Shown piece after piece: positions 1-13,684 of a stretch of 64,000 bases of DNA. A program made the translations under genes and the position numbers. The notes under the pieces are model-generated. The model was not told the origin of the DNA. It did not search any database and saw only the letters and a program-made list of their open reading frames with translations. Every line of letters starts with the position of its first letter. Within the stretch, counting starts at the first letter, position 1. The DNA is from Nemertoderma westbladi (Eukaryota > Animalia > Xenacoelomorpha), in assembly GCA_032718475.1 (NCBI GenBank), contig JAUCBJ010009106.1, forward strand, positions 36,232 to 100,231, in the 5' to 3' direction.

Positions 1-2200
1 GGGTTCGAATTTATTCAGAATCATAATATATTAGCTATAAATGATTCAATCAACAAATGGATATTTTGATAATTCAGTGACACATAATCGAGTGAGACAC
101 TGATTGTGGATTGTGGAAGCATGCTCACTTAAATACTACAGTATTGAGAGTTCGGATCTTCTGCAAAGAATCATCAAACCTATTTAGTCCAGAAGGTAAA
201 TGATATGTTGCCTACAACATGGAAAGTGGTCCATTGTCTTCACGCTCCGCGGTTTTTTTTACGTTTACTTTATAAAACTGCACGATGGCAATCCATCGAT
301 GACGATGAAAATTTAAGCAATTTTTATAAAAGTGAACGAATTATACAGTAAAATATACACGGCATTGAATGTGAAAACCCAATACGACTTCCGATGTTCT
401 ATGGGTGGTGTTCCAGAACGTTTTTACTTAGTATTGTTCCAATTTCCGAAGAGCCCTATTAACGATAATAGTAAATTAATATAAAAAGTCCATATATACC
501 ATACCATATTGTATCGATTCAAATCATATACACCATGAACCGTAATATAGTGTCATTTTCTGATGACACGGACCCCTCAAGCAATTTGATAGAGATTTGT
601 AGAAAAATCTGGGGGGGGGGGGGGGGGGGGGGCGTCCGTCACGGGTGATGGTGTATTGATTGTCGAATCTTAAAATAAAATAAAAACCTATCCACAAATG
701 GATTATTGGGATTAAACTCTAAGCCAAACTTCCAATATTGACTATATTTTACATAATCATCTCCATCAGAGGTTGACTTTTTTGAATTTAGACATTTTTT
801 GATAAAGAGATTGTTGCTTCTGACCGAAATGAAAAATGTAACAACTGTATCATTATTTGCGTGGGTTGTGGCATTATGGAACTGAAACACCACCGGGCGG
901 AATTATAACAATTCCATTTCCAGGATCAGGATCGTCTTACACATTTAATATGCCACCCCCCCCCCCCCCCCCGGGTCCTTTTAATTTCTCGAGATTATTA
1001 CTGATGTTACTCCGTGGGCTACTATGATAAATATGTATAGACTATGGTGCTACCTTGTTTTACTTAGACGATTCGCCACCCCAAGAAATAAATATATATG
1101 AGGCTAAATTATCGAACCAGTAGCAACTCGTCTCCTCCCATCAACATACTACAGTAATTAACATTCAGCGACGCCAAAGTAATTAATTTAACCTCCCCAA
1201 GAATCGAACATTTGGCAAAGATTATCTTAGAAGCCGCCATACTTCCGAACTCTTATGTAAATCAGAATAACAAATGATGGGGTTTTGCATTTATGAATAT
1301 ACTGCACACTTTGTAGAAGATACTGCCTCTGACTGCAACACTGCAACGGTGCCCCCGTAGTACTTAAATAGAGTTCAAGGATTACGTATTTTGTAATAAT
1401 TGAAATAATGATATACTTAACTTAACGAGTTAAATTTTTATATACATGTAGTACATACAGGTATCTTATTATGGATCATCCACCCATAATACTGTACCAT
1501 CTAAAACCACAAACGAAGCCTCGTCCCAACAAAGTTATCAGTCTATCCCTTTCAGCGAGAAGCCTTCGTGAGATCTCGTACCATACGTTCAACCAACTGC
1601 TGATGACAAGAATAACCTTTACTTGGCAGTATCACCAGCTCAGATGATTAACAACGCATTAATAATCTGTTTGAGGTCCTGGTCAGAGACATCTAAACGT
1701 ATTGGAGGTTCAGTGATCTTTAGCTTTTCATCCCACCACAATTTCTAACACATCCCACCCGGGTGGGTAGTTTTATTTCCCGAGCAACGGTCGCAAACTT
1801 TAATCAACTCAAGGTGAGTAGGCCTATGATGGAGTTAGAATGAAATCTGGCTTGAGTTAGTGGATGCGCGAGAATCTTTACATTATAGTTATGTGGGAAG
1901 AGAGACGGTTATTGAGAACAAACTTTTTATGTCGGGTTTAAAAGAAAATAGATCTTAACATTCAATGCCGATCTTGTGCGCGAGACAAATTAGACAGATT
2001 ATTGGAAACCCACGATTATTTTTTAGAAGGGAGCATGTTGGGCTTTATTATAAACAAAATGTATTATAATATCCTGGAGATTTTACCAGTATGCAGCCAA
2101 CCAAATGTGGATAATCTAATTGTTATCCATAAGAAGGACAGCAGCTAACCGCTATCGAGTTCTTGTGTTACGAAAGATAGCACAAAAAACTAAAAAGCAT
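1..2200 (+). mobile_element. Heavily decayed Penelope-like retroelement remnants
   Basis: Frameshifted fragments reminiscent of Penelope RT/linker/GIY-YIG motifs (SIPFS..LR, PKLP-type linker, ENLYII). No intact ORF. Confidence 0.35.
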
Positions 2201-2224
2201 GAATAATCAATTTATTTATTATTG

Positions 2225-3240
2225 CTGGAGATGGGGGTGCTGGGGATGGGGTGCTGTGGATGGGGGTGCTGGGGATGGGGTGCTGTGGATGGGGGTGCTG
2301 GGGATGGGGTGCTGTGGATGGGGGTGCTGGGGATGGGGTGCTGTGGATGGGGGTGCTGGGGGTGGAGGTGCTGTGGATAGGGGTGCTGGGGGTGGAGGTG
2401 CTGTGGATAGGGTTGCTGGGGATGGGGGTGCTGTGGATGGGGGGGGTGCTGGGGGTGGAGGTGCTGTGGATGGGGTTGCTGGGGTGGCTGGGGTGGAGGT
2501 GCTAGGGATGCTGTGGATAGAGTGCTGTGGGTGGGGTTGCTGGGGTGGGGTGCTGGGTTGCTGGGGGTGGAGGTGATGGCAGCCAGTTTCAGGTCAATTC
2601 TGTCACCATGTCTGTATGTGTGCGAGTTTATAGGGATGGGGGGATGTGGTTGCTGGGGTGGGGGTGCTAAAAAAAGTAAAAAGTAAAGTAAATTTTCTTC
2701 GGCCACTTGGCCACGGATTACGCACAAAGTCTGACGACTTATTTCCAGTGCGGACCCCAAGAACTACAAGCAGGTGCTGGGTTGGAGGTTCTGGGTTGGG
2801 GTGTTGGGGGTGCTGGGTTGCGGTGGATGGAGGTGCTGGGGATGGAGGTGCTGGGGATGGGGGTGCTGGGGATGGGGTGCTGGGGGCGGAGGAGCTGGGG
2901 GTGTTGTGGGTGGGGTTGCTGGGGTGTGGGTGCTGGGGATGGGAATACTGGGGTGGGGGTGTTGGTGGTGTTGGTGCTGTGGATGGGGGTACCGGGGTTG
3001 GGGTGCTGGGGATGGGGGTGCTGGGTTGGAGGTTCTGGGTTGGGGTGGTGGGGGTGCTGGGTTGCGGGGGGTTGAGGTGCTGGGGATGGAGTGCTGGGTT
3101 AATGGTGCTGGTGGTGGATGTGCTGGGGCTGGAGATGGTGGGGATGGGGTGGTGGTGGTGGTGGTGGCGGGGGTACTTTGGGTGGGGTGCTGGTGGCGGG
3201 GGTACTTGGGGTGGGGTGCTGGGGTGGGGGAGGGTTGTGT
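2225..3240 (+). repeat. G-rich low-complexity tracts (GGGGTGCTGGGGATGGGGTGCTGTGGAT-like), interrupted by a SINE fragment
   Basis: Direct reading. 2715-2745 is the reverse complement of the SINE 3' part at about 24699-24727. Confidence 0.85.
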
Positions 3241-3711
3241 TCGGCAAAAGTACCGTTTTTCACATTTATACTTTCTGTATTTGAATGCTTAGCTGCCATT
3301 CTGAGTGAATATTTGGGCCGCAAGTTTTGTTCGAACGGATAACCGCTATGTTCGAGGTCACCAGTTCGATCCCACCTCGGAGTATAAACCCGACTTTGCT
3401 AAGAGCCGTTTTTCTCTCCGATATATACCCGGGGGACGATTTTATATTCATAGAAGTAAATAAGGAATGTCATTAGTTTTATACCAACTATATATTATTA
3501 TAGTCATAACATTTAAACGGAAACAATAAAATATATACGTCAACCGAATTCCTGCTGTTATTCATTGGCGAACAAATATTAGTGTTTATTTAATTAGTAG
3601 GTCTATAAGGGTAAATAAAACGCCGATTCTGTACAAAAACCAAAAACCAGTAGAAATAATTACACAGTTAGGTAATAGGTTGGTTGTATTGGAGTCAGTC
3701 ATTGGTTGATA

Positions 3712-3806
3712 TCAGGTGGGTCGGAGAATCGGATTGGATAGTGCAGCTTGGGGGAAGTTCATATGGTAGTTGTTTAAGGTAATGTAAGCAGCGCGAATAG
3801 TCTTAC
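3712..3806 (-). CDS. RBM39: RBM39 last coding exon (GKTIRAAYITLNNYHMNFPQAALSNPILRPT*)
   Basis: tctattttccag acceptor, phase 1. Matches the RBM39 C-terminal AAY..Y...FP pattern. TGA stop, with a minus-strand AATAAA at 3585-3590. Confidence 0.9.
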
Positions 3807-4057
3807 CTGGAAAATAGAGACAATACAATTAATTATTATTAGCGATAAATTAATAGAATATATTGTATCGACGCACATTGCCAAAACAACAGACAAAGTC
3901 TAAAATAAGTATTACGAACTTCAGTTTTTTGGAATATTCCGTGATTTATCTGTAATGTGTCGTAAACATATTATTATAATCAAGAAATATAATTATAAAA
4001 ATTAAACAAGATATAAAACTGCACCAGCTTCCCATCACCCATACAGTTAATAATGTT

Positions 4058-4433
4058 GCACCAGGGATGAACATCGGTCTGCGAGGTCATTGGCCCGGTG
4101 CACCAGGGATGAATATCGGTCTGCGAGGTCATTGGCCCGGTGCACCAGGGATGAATATCGGTCTGCGAGGTCATTGGCCCGGTGCACCAGGGATGAACAT
4201 CGGTCTGCGAGGTCATTGCCCCGGTGCACCAGGGATGAATATCGGTCTGCGAGGTCATTGCCCCGGTGCACCAGGGATGAACATCGGTCTGCGAGGTCAT
4301 TGCCCCGGTGCACCAGGGATGAATATCGGTCTGCGAGGTCATTGCCCCGGTGCACCAGGGATGAATATCGGTCTGCGAGGTCATTGCCCCGGTGCACCAG
4401 GGATGAACATCGGTCTGCGAGGTCATTGCCCCG
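4058..4433. repeat. 42-bp minisatellite, about 9 copies, in the last RBM39 intron
   Basis: Unit gcaccagggatgaayatcggtctgcgaggtcattgscccggt. Confidence 0.95.
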
Positions 4434-4801
4434 CAGACCCGCACCATCGTGTATATTTGGATTATTTTTAATCAATATTTTTTTATGATTTAAAATTTAT
4501 TTTAAAAAATTTTTACACAGTTGACTTTATTCTAACGCGGCCTTATAATAATATTGTAAAAAAAGTACAACCAGACAATAATACCATAAACCCATAAACA
4601 GAATTCATAGTTAGTCAGTGACACGTAATATATTGAAACTAGTCTGGAATGTAATATCCTTCAGCGACTTAAAAAATAGTTCTAATGAAACAGATGTCAA
4701 AGTCTACCTAATAGTTCGCACTAAGTCTGGGGAGATACAATTGGTGATTATAAAATAGAATAGAATATATAAGGATATAAGTTGTTAGACTCTATACTGA
4801 C

Positions 4802-4986
4802 CTCCGAAATAGCGACCGTTCAATGCAGCTACTATGCTAAGTGCGACACTCGGTGTAGGGGCCTTGCAGTAGACATTGCCTTCGGTAGAGTTTTTATCCA
4901 CGTATATGTGTACCAGTCCGCCGTGGCTCACACATTCTTCTATGACGTCATTGGCGATCGCCTGATCCCAATTGGGTCCAGATTCC
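4802..4986 (-). CDS. RBM39: RBM39 exon, UHM (WDQAIANDVIEEC...GNVYCK...LNGRYFG)
   Basis: ORF 4785..5000. UHM RxF motif (GRYFG). AG acceptor and GTCAGT donor, phase 2-1. Confidence 0.95.
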
Positions 4987-5478
4987 CTAATAATGTTCAC
5001 AAAAATTAATATAAATCAATTAAACAATTAATCTATTTTGTCAATAAAGCAGTACTTTATGGCATTTTGCGCTCGAAGTGATCTTATTTAACGATCGAGC
5101 GTAAAGAGGGAGGTTAATGATATAACGATTATGGGAATGCAAGAAGTAGGTATACTACTTAATCTACTAAAGTTCTAGAATATAATTATTTTGTTTTATA
5201 TTTGACGTTTAAGTTACAAGAATTACATACTAGCCAGTTAAAACAAATCATTTTTGAGTGTCATATAATTTTGGAGCGCCACGCAATTAATACAGCGGGA
5301 GATACAATAAGTTGTACTTAAATGCATTACCCAAATAGAATGGAATGCAATTAAAGTTGGCGTATAATAAATATCAATATGACATGAAGGAAAAAAACTA
5401 CGTATACAAAAAATAAATACAATAAAACGACATATCGCGTCGTCTACACGGTAACCATAGCAACATCATCAAACTCAC

Positions 5479-5683
5479 TCGTTTGGGTCGAACATATTGC
5501 TGAGCATAAAACACTGCTGGGGGTCTGATCGCTGAGACTGTTGGAGTTGTTGGGGGTTGTCCCCGTAAGAGGTGATCCCACCAGCACCGCCCAGACCACC
5601 AGGACCTCCAGGCGTCAATGTCTGTTGGTTCTGGTTGGTAATCAATGCCTGCGCTGCCGCTGGAGGCATCTCCATTCCTGTAC
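5479..5683 (-). CDS. RBM39: RBM39 exon, linker and start of UHM/RRM3 (GTGMEMPPAAAQAL...QCFMLSNMFDP)
   Basis: ORF 5475..5675. Phase 1-2, continuing AEG|GTG from the exon at 20637. AG acceptor and GTGAGT donor. Confidence 0.95.
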
Positions 5684-5859
5684 CTAAATGGGCAAAAACA
5701 TAAAGTTGTATGAATGACTAATGATGCAAAAACGGCGAGATAATACCTCGTTACGATCTTAAATTATAAAGTTAGAAAAAAGAGCAGGTTTCCGTGGCAC
5801 GTTATTCTAACCAAAACAATAAATGAAAATTAATAACACAAAATCTTGGGACCTGAATT

Positions 5860-8447
5860 CGTAAGAGAGTCAACCTTTTCAGTATCCCTTTCAAGTTGAT
5901 CTACATACAGTATGTTATGGCCGGTCGTCCACGACTACGCTTCCCATGAGTTGGTTGCCAGAGAAGTAGATCTGGTATGACCTCGTCTTTACTTCGCCAG
6001 CAGTGCCCACTGAATCTTAATCAGCGTTCACGGAGGGTGGTTGATACAGGTGGTATTGTACCATAAAGCTCGGCATTTGTCATGTGTTGCCTCCAGCTGA
6101 TGTTTAGGGCTGCCCTTAGTAGTCTTGTGTACCAACCATCAATTCGTTGTTCAAGTGATTTAGTCAGTGTCCAGGTCTCACCCCCGTATAAAAATACACT
6201 TTCCACTGTGGCTCGAAATAACTTAGTCAACAGGTGTCTGGAGAGATCTGATTTCCAGATGGTATCCATTTTTGATAGAGCTACCCAAGCCTTTGCTTTC
6301 CTAACTTCTATGTCCTTTTTGCTACTCTCTATCCATGATCCAAGGTACTGGAAGTCGTCAACCTTCCTTAGTTGATTATTATAAATGGTTATCAAGCTTC
6401 CATCAACATTAAAGGTCATGAATTCGGTCTTTGTAGCATTTATATGCAATCCAACCGCCTTAGCAGCCCTCTCCACTTTATTTAGTAGAAGCTGTGCATC
6501 TGCTAGCGTATTAGGGAGCAGGGCGATGTCATCCGCAAAGTCGGTGTCTGTGACTGTAGTTGCCGGATATCTACTACTTCAGCGTTCTTGAAGTGTGAAT
6601 CCCAGATCTTCACCCTTTGTGGCCGTCCTCATTGCGTAATCCAGCACAATTACAAATAGTAATGGTGCTAATGTGTCACCTTGCAGTACGCCAGCCAGGA
6701 TTGAGAAAAACTCAGTTTTACCATCTGGTGAGAGTACCTGCGCTTCTGTGTCACAATATAACAATCCAATGCCAGCAACAATTACTTTTGGTATTCCATA
6801 AGCTCTTAGGATTTCAAGCATTTTACCTCTATGGATGGAGTCGAATGCCTTCTTGAAGTCCACAAAAGTCATGACTGCGGGGAGATTCTTTGACTTAATT
6901 CCTTCCATCAGTCTCCGTAGTGCAAGTATCTGAGCTATTGTTGATCTACTTGGTCGAAATCCGTTTTGGCTCTTACGCAGTAGTTTCTCTATGTGAGGCA
7001 TAATCCTATATAGAATCATTTTATTGTATATTTTGGCAGCTACCACAAGCAGACAGATCCCACGATAGTTTGTTGGTATGCCGAGGTCTCCTTTCTTGGG
7101 GAGAGGCTTTATTAGTTGACCTTTAGTCCAAATTGGTGGTGGCTTTTCCCCTTTTAACATCCGGTTGCAAACATTCAATAATGGTCTGTTTAGCACTCCG
7201 GTTTTCCATACCTCCGCTGGGATTTCATCTAATCCACTCGCTTTATTATTGGACATGCTTTTAATGCTTCTTCGGAGTTCGGCAGGTGTGAAGTCCCCTG
7301 TTTCTATAGATAGTGTCTTGTCATATATTTTCCTTGTAGGGCTGACCTCGATGTTTGGTGGCTGCCCAAGCAAGTTGCTGAAGTGAATTTTCCACTTCCA
7401 AACACGTTCTTCAGGACTATCGGCTTTGAGGCGGCCCTTTGCACAACTTTTCCGACCAGATATCTCATTTACAGTTTGCCAGGTAAGTCTTGATTGTTGC
7501 TGTATGTGAGCAGTTGCAATTGCTTCAGTTTTATCCTGTATGTACTTTTCCTGGCTGATGTTGTAGGCCAATTTAAGATCGTCCTTAGCTTTCTCAACCT
7601 TGTTAATGTTTTCGGTTGTTGGTTGTTCGGTTTTAACTTTGTAGGCTATCTTAAGATCTTCTCTCTTACAAGTAACCTCAGAGTTTTGCCATGGCACATA
7701 CTGTTTTCGTTTCGGTTTCTGGGGGATATGACCCTTAGCTGATTCCTTGTGGGCTGTTATTATATTCTGGTATATTGAATTGGTGGATTGGTCTTCATCC
7801 ATTGACTGAAGTGTTTCAAAGCGGTTTTGAACTTCTACTGTATAAGCATCATTTACAGCATTGTCAGTTCTGAGTTTCTCCCAGTCATATTTGATACTGG
7901 GTTTGCTGGCTCTCAAACTGAGTCTTATCTCTGCAGTCACAATTCTGTGGTCCGAACCAATTAGGTTGAACGAGCTGTATGCCTCCCAGTTGATCATGCT
8001 GTTTCTCCACTTTTTGTTTATAAGGATGTAATTCAGTTGTGCTTTTGTTCCATTAGGGTATTGAAAGGTCCATAGCTTCCCCTTACTCTTTTCGAATGTG
8101 TTGTTTGTTGGTATCAATTCACATTCTTCACAAAAGTAAGTACCCATTTCTGTTAGAACTGGTGTTTTAGGTGTTACCCTTGATGTCTTCTGGGCCAATT
8201 TGGGCATTCAGGTCACCAGCAATGACTTTAACATTGTGTTTCGGAATGTCCTTTATAAGTCCAGTCAGTTCTTCATAAAACTTGACTGCTTGTTCTGGCT
8301 CTGAGGCATTGGTTGGACTGTAGCAACGTATAACTGTTGCCTTGGGATTCCCATCAAATGTTGCGATCATAACCCTGGAATTTATAGATTCAATGTTGTT
8401 TAGGGTCTTAAGTGCAAATGGGCTTAGCAGAATTCCTACTCCACCAA
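5860..8447 (-). mobile_element. RTE-clade LINE (APE endonuclease + RT), 5'-truncated and disrupted
   Basis: YSPTN and IAGDLNAQIG (APE). NYRGICL, QNGFR, FVDFKKAFDS, GVLQGDTLAP, DFADDIAL and FQYLGS (RT). C-terminal RGRP. Contains frameshifts and stops. Confidence 0.92.
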
Positions 8448-8460
8448 ATACTATACATTA

Positions 8461-9268
8461 CACCTTGTCCTGGAATATAGTGTCGTTATTCTGGTACATG
8501 GACCACCCCCCCCCCCCAAAAAAAAAAATTTTTTTACAAATCTTAATGAGATTGCATGAAATTTGAAACAGAGTTAGTTTCATCTCCATCATCCTTAGTG
8601 GGTAAGTCAGAATTTTATTTTTGCTTTCAATCTTTAGTTACAAGCGTTTAAAAAAAGTGTATCCGTCGATCTTGCACCAGTTACCGCACAGTTATTCTTC
8701 AACCTTATAGTGATTTGTAGATACTCGTGGAAAGCTGGACATGCAAGGATTCAAAATATGTAAAAATATTTGAATTTGGTTGGGAAATAGCTGAGATAGG
8801 GGCATTTGAATGTTGCATGTATTTACTTGCGCTGCAGGCTATTTATTCCATTTAATAAATACACAATTTTCTAGAACATTTTGCTTATCTCATAAGTAGC
8901 TTGGCAACAATGCAATGCCTACATGATGATACTAGTATATGGATATTCCCACATAAGCAAAATGTTCTAGAACATTGTGTATTTATTAAATAGAATAAAT
9001 TGCCATCAACGCAAGTAAATACATGCAACATTCAAATGCCCATATCTCAGCTATTTCCCAACCAAATTTAAATATTTTTACATATTTTGAATCCTTGCAT
9101 GTCCCGATTTCCACTAGTACCAACAAATCACTGACTCACCCAGTAAGGAGGAGGGAGGTGAAACTAACTCTGTTTCAAATTTTATGCAATCTCATTAAGA
9201 TTTGTACAAAAATTTGGGGGGGGGGGGGCAGGTACCTGAATAACGACACTATATTCCAGGACAAGGTG
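8461..9268. mobile_element. Fold-back MITE with TA target duplication (Tc1/mariner-type)
   Basis: TA|caccttgtcctggaatatagtgtcgttatt ... aataacgacactatattccaggacaaggtg|TA. The arms stay complementary far inward. A related fragment lies at about 26880-27015. Confidence 0.88.
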
Positions 9269-9533
9269 TATGTGCATAGGCCTACTTAGTGTAATTTTAT
9301 GGTAAATAATTTTTAAATACTGTAGATCAGTAGTTTTAAACAATTTTTTAAATGGCAGAAAGTCACCTAAAACTTTAACCTAAAAATGTATTTATTTTTA
9401 ATCTGTACGGTGGCTGATTTTTATTTAGGCTATTGATTTTTTTTATTTTTAAGAATAATTTAAATTATTACATTCTGTAATATTTTAGCGGCAGACTGGA
9501 GAACTGCAAAGTACCCCTACGCATATTATTTTC

Positions 9534-12500
9534 TAAACGATTAACACACTACGTGTGTGTACAAACGATTAACACACTACGTGTGTGTACAAACGATTAA
9601 CACATTACGTGTGTGTACAAACGATTAACACACTAGGTGTGTGTACAAACGATTAACACATTACGTGTGTGTACAAACGATTAACACATTACGTGTGTGT
9701 ACAAACGATTAACACATTACGTGTGTGTACAAACGATTAACACATTACGTGTGTGTACAAACGATTAACACATTACGTGTGTGTACAAACGATTAACACA
9801 TTACGTGTGTGTACAAACGATTAACACATTACGTGTGTGTACAAACGATTAACACATTACGTGTGTGTACAAACGATTAACACATTACGTGTGTGTACAA
9901 ACGATTAGCACACTACGTGTGTGTACAAACGATTAACACACTACGTGTGTGTACAAACGATTAACACATTACGTGTGTGTACAAACGATTAACACATTAC
10001 GTGTGTGTACAAACGATTAACACACTACGTGTGTGTACAAACGATTAACACACTACGTGTGTGTACAAACGATTAACACACTAGGTGTGTGTACAAACGA
10101 TTAACACATTACGTGTGTGTACAAACGATTAACACATTACGTGTGTGTACAAACGATTAACACATTACGTGTGTGTACAAACGATTAACACATTACGTGT
10201 GTGTACAAACGATTAACACATTACGTGTGTGTACAAACGATTAACACATTACGTGTGTGTACAAACGATTAACACACTACGTGTGTGTACAAACGATTAA
10301 CACACTACGTGTGTGTACAAACGATTAACACATTACGTGTGTGTACAAACGATTAACACATTACGTGTGTGTGTGTACAAACGATTAACACATTACGTGT
10401 GTGTACAAACGATTAACACATTACGTGTGTGTACAAACGATTAACACATTACGTGTGTGTACAAACGATTAACACATTACGTGTGTGTACAAACGATTAA
10501 CACACTACGTGTGTGTACAAACGATTAACATATTACGTGTGTGTACAAACGATTAACACATTACGTGTGTGTACAAACGATTAACACATTACGTGTGTGT
10601 GTGTACAAACGATTAACACATTACGTGTGTGTACAAACGATTAACACATTACGTGTGTGTACAAACGATTAACACATTACGTGTGTGTACAAACGAGTAA
10701 CACATTATGTGTGTGTACAAACGATTAACACATTACGTGTGTGTACAAACGATTAACACATTACGTGTGTGTACAAACGAGTAACACATTACGTGTGTGT
10801 ACAAACGATTAACACATTACGTGTGTGTACAAACGATTAACACATTACGTGTGTGTGTGTACAAACGATTAACACATTACGTGTGTGTACAAACGATTAA
10901 CACATTACGTGTGTGTACAAACGATTAACACATTACGTGTGTGTACAAACGATTAACACATTACGTGTGTGTACAAACGATTAACACATTACGTGTGTGT
11001 ACAAACGATTAACACACTACGTGTGTGTACAAACGATTAACACATTACGTGTGTGTACAAACGATTAACACATTACGTGTGTGTACAAACGATTAACACA
11101 TTACGTGTGTGTACAAACGATTAACACACTACGTGTGTGTACAAACGATTAACACATTACGTGTGTGTACAAACGATTAACATATTACGTGTGTGTACAA
11201 ACGATTAACACATTACGTGTGTGTACAAACGATTAACACATTACGTGTGTGTGTGTACAAACGATTAACACATTACGTGTGTGTACAAACGATTAACACA
11301 TTACGTGTGTGTACAAACGATTAACACATTACGTGTGTGTACAAACGAGTAACACATTATGTGTGTGTACAAACGATTAACACATTACGTGTGTGTAAAA
11401 ACGATTAACACATTACGTGTGTGTACAAACGAGTAACACATTACGTGTGTGTACAAACGATTAACACATTACGTGTGTGTACAAACGATTAACACATTAC
11501 GTGTGTGTGTGTACAAACGATTAACACATTACGTGTGTGTACAAACGATTAACACATTACGTGTGTGTACAAACGATTAACACATTACGTGTGTGTACAA
11601 ACGATTAACACATTACGTGTGTGTACAAACGATTAACACATTACGTGTGTGTACAAACGATTAACACACTACGTGTGTGTACAAACGATTAACACATTAC
11701 GTGTGTGTACAAACGATTAACACATTACGTGTGTGTACAAACGATTAACACATTACGTGTGTGTACAAACGATTAACACACTACGTGTGTGTACAAACGA
11801 TTAACACATTACGTGTGTGTACAAACGATTAACACATTACGTGTGTGTGTGTACAAACGATTAACACATTACGTGTGTGTGTGTACAAACGATTAACACA
11901 TTACGTGTGTGTACAAACGATTAACACATTACGTGTGTGTGTGTACAAACGATTAACACATTACGTGTGTGTGTGTACAAACGATTAACACATTACGTGT
12001 GTGTGTGTACAAACGATTAACACATTACGTGTGTGTACAAACGATTAACACATTACGTGTGTGTGTGTACAAACGATTAACACATTACGTGTGTGTGTGT
12101 ACAAACGATTAACACATTACGTGTGTGTGTGTACAAACGATTAACACATTACGTGTGTGTACAAACGATTAACACATTACGTGTGTGTGTGTACAAACGA
12201 TTAACACATTACGTGTGTGTACAAACGATTAACACATTACGTGTGTGTACAAACGAGTAACACATTATGTGTGTGTGTGTACAAACGATTAACACATTAC
12301 GTGTGTGTACAAACGATTAACACATTACGTGTGTGTACAAACGATTAACACATTACGTGTGTGTACAAACGATTAACACATTACGTGTGTGTACAAACGA
12401 TTAACACATTACGTGTGTGTACAAACGATTAACACATTACGTGTGTGTACAAACGATTAACACATTACGTGTGTGTACAAACGATTAACACATTACGTGT

Positions 12501-13684
12501 GTGTACAAACGATTAACACATTACGTGTGTGTACAAACGATTAACACATTACGTGTGTGTACAAACGATTAACACATTACGTGTGTGTACAAACGATTAA
12601 CACATTACGTGTGTGTACAAACGATTAACACATTACGTGTGTGTACAAACGAGTAACACATTATGTGTGTGTACAAACGATTAACACATTACGTGTGTGT
12701 ACAAACGATTAACACATTACGTGTGTGTGTGTACAAACGATTAACACATTACGTGTGTGTACAAACGATTAACACATTACGTGTGTGTACAAACGATTAA
12801 CACATTACGTGTGTGTACAAACGATTAACACATTACGTGTGTGTACAAACGATTAACACATTACGTGTGTGTACAAACGATTAACACATTACGTGTGTGT
12901 ACAAACGATTAACACATTACGTGTGTGTGTGTACAAACGATTAACACATTACGTGTGTGTACAAACGATTAACACATTACGTGTGTATACAAACGATTAA
13001 CACATTACGTGTGTGTACAAACGAGTAACACATTACGTGTGTGTACAAACGATTAACACATTACGTGTGTGTGTGTGTACAAACGAGTAACACATTACGT
13101 GTGTGTACAAACGATTAACACATTACGTGTGTGTACAAACGATTAACACATTACGTGTGTGTGTGTACAAACGAGTAACACATTGCGTGTGAGTACAAAC
13201 GATTAACACATTACGTGTGTGTACAAACGATTAACATATTACGTGTGTGTACAAACGATTAACACATTACGTGTGTGTGTGTACAAACGATTAACACATT
13301 ACGTGTGTGTGTGTACAAACGATTAACACATTACGTGTGTGTACAAACGATTAACACATTACGTGTGTGTGTGTACAAACGATTAACACATTACGTGTGT
13401 GTGTGTACAAACGATTAACACATTACGTGTGTGTGTGTACAAACGATTAACACATTACGTGTGTGTACAAACGATTAACACATTACGTGTGTGTACAAAC
13501 GATTAACACACTACGTGTGTGTACAAACGATTAACACACTACGTGTGTGTACAAACGATTAACACATTACGTGTGTGTACAAACGATTAACACATTACGT
13601 GTGTGTACAAACGATTAACACATTACGTGTGTGTACACATTACGTGTGTATACAAACGATTAACACATTACGTGTGTGTACAAA
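9534..13684. repeat. 28-bp tandem satellite (aaacgattaacacattacgtgtgtgtac), about 145 copies
   Basis: Direct reading. Variants include +GTGT, cact/catt and gagt. Confidence 0.98.

Noticed and set aside
2199-3342. Gly/Trp- and Pro/His-rich ORFs
   Set aside because: They are artefacts of G-rich low-complexity DNA, open in many frames.
3980-4488. Four overlapping repeat ORFs
   Set aside because: A 42-bp minisatellite inside the last RBM39 intron.
9534-13684. CRISPR-like appearance of the 28-, 30- and 42-bp arrays
   Set aside because: The units are head-to-tail with no unique spacers, there are no cas genes, and the context is eukaryotic.
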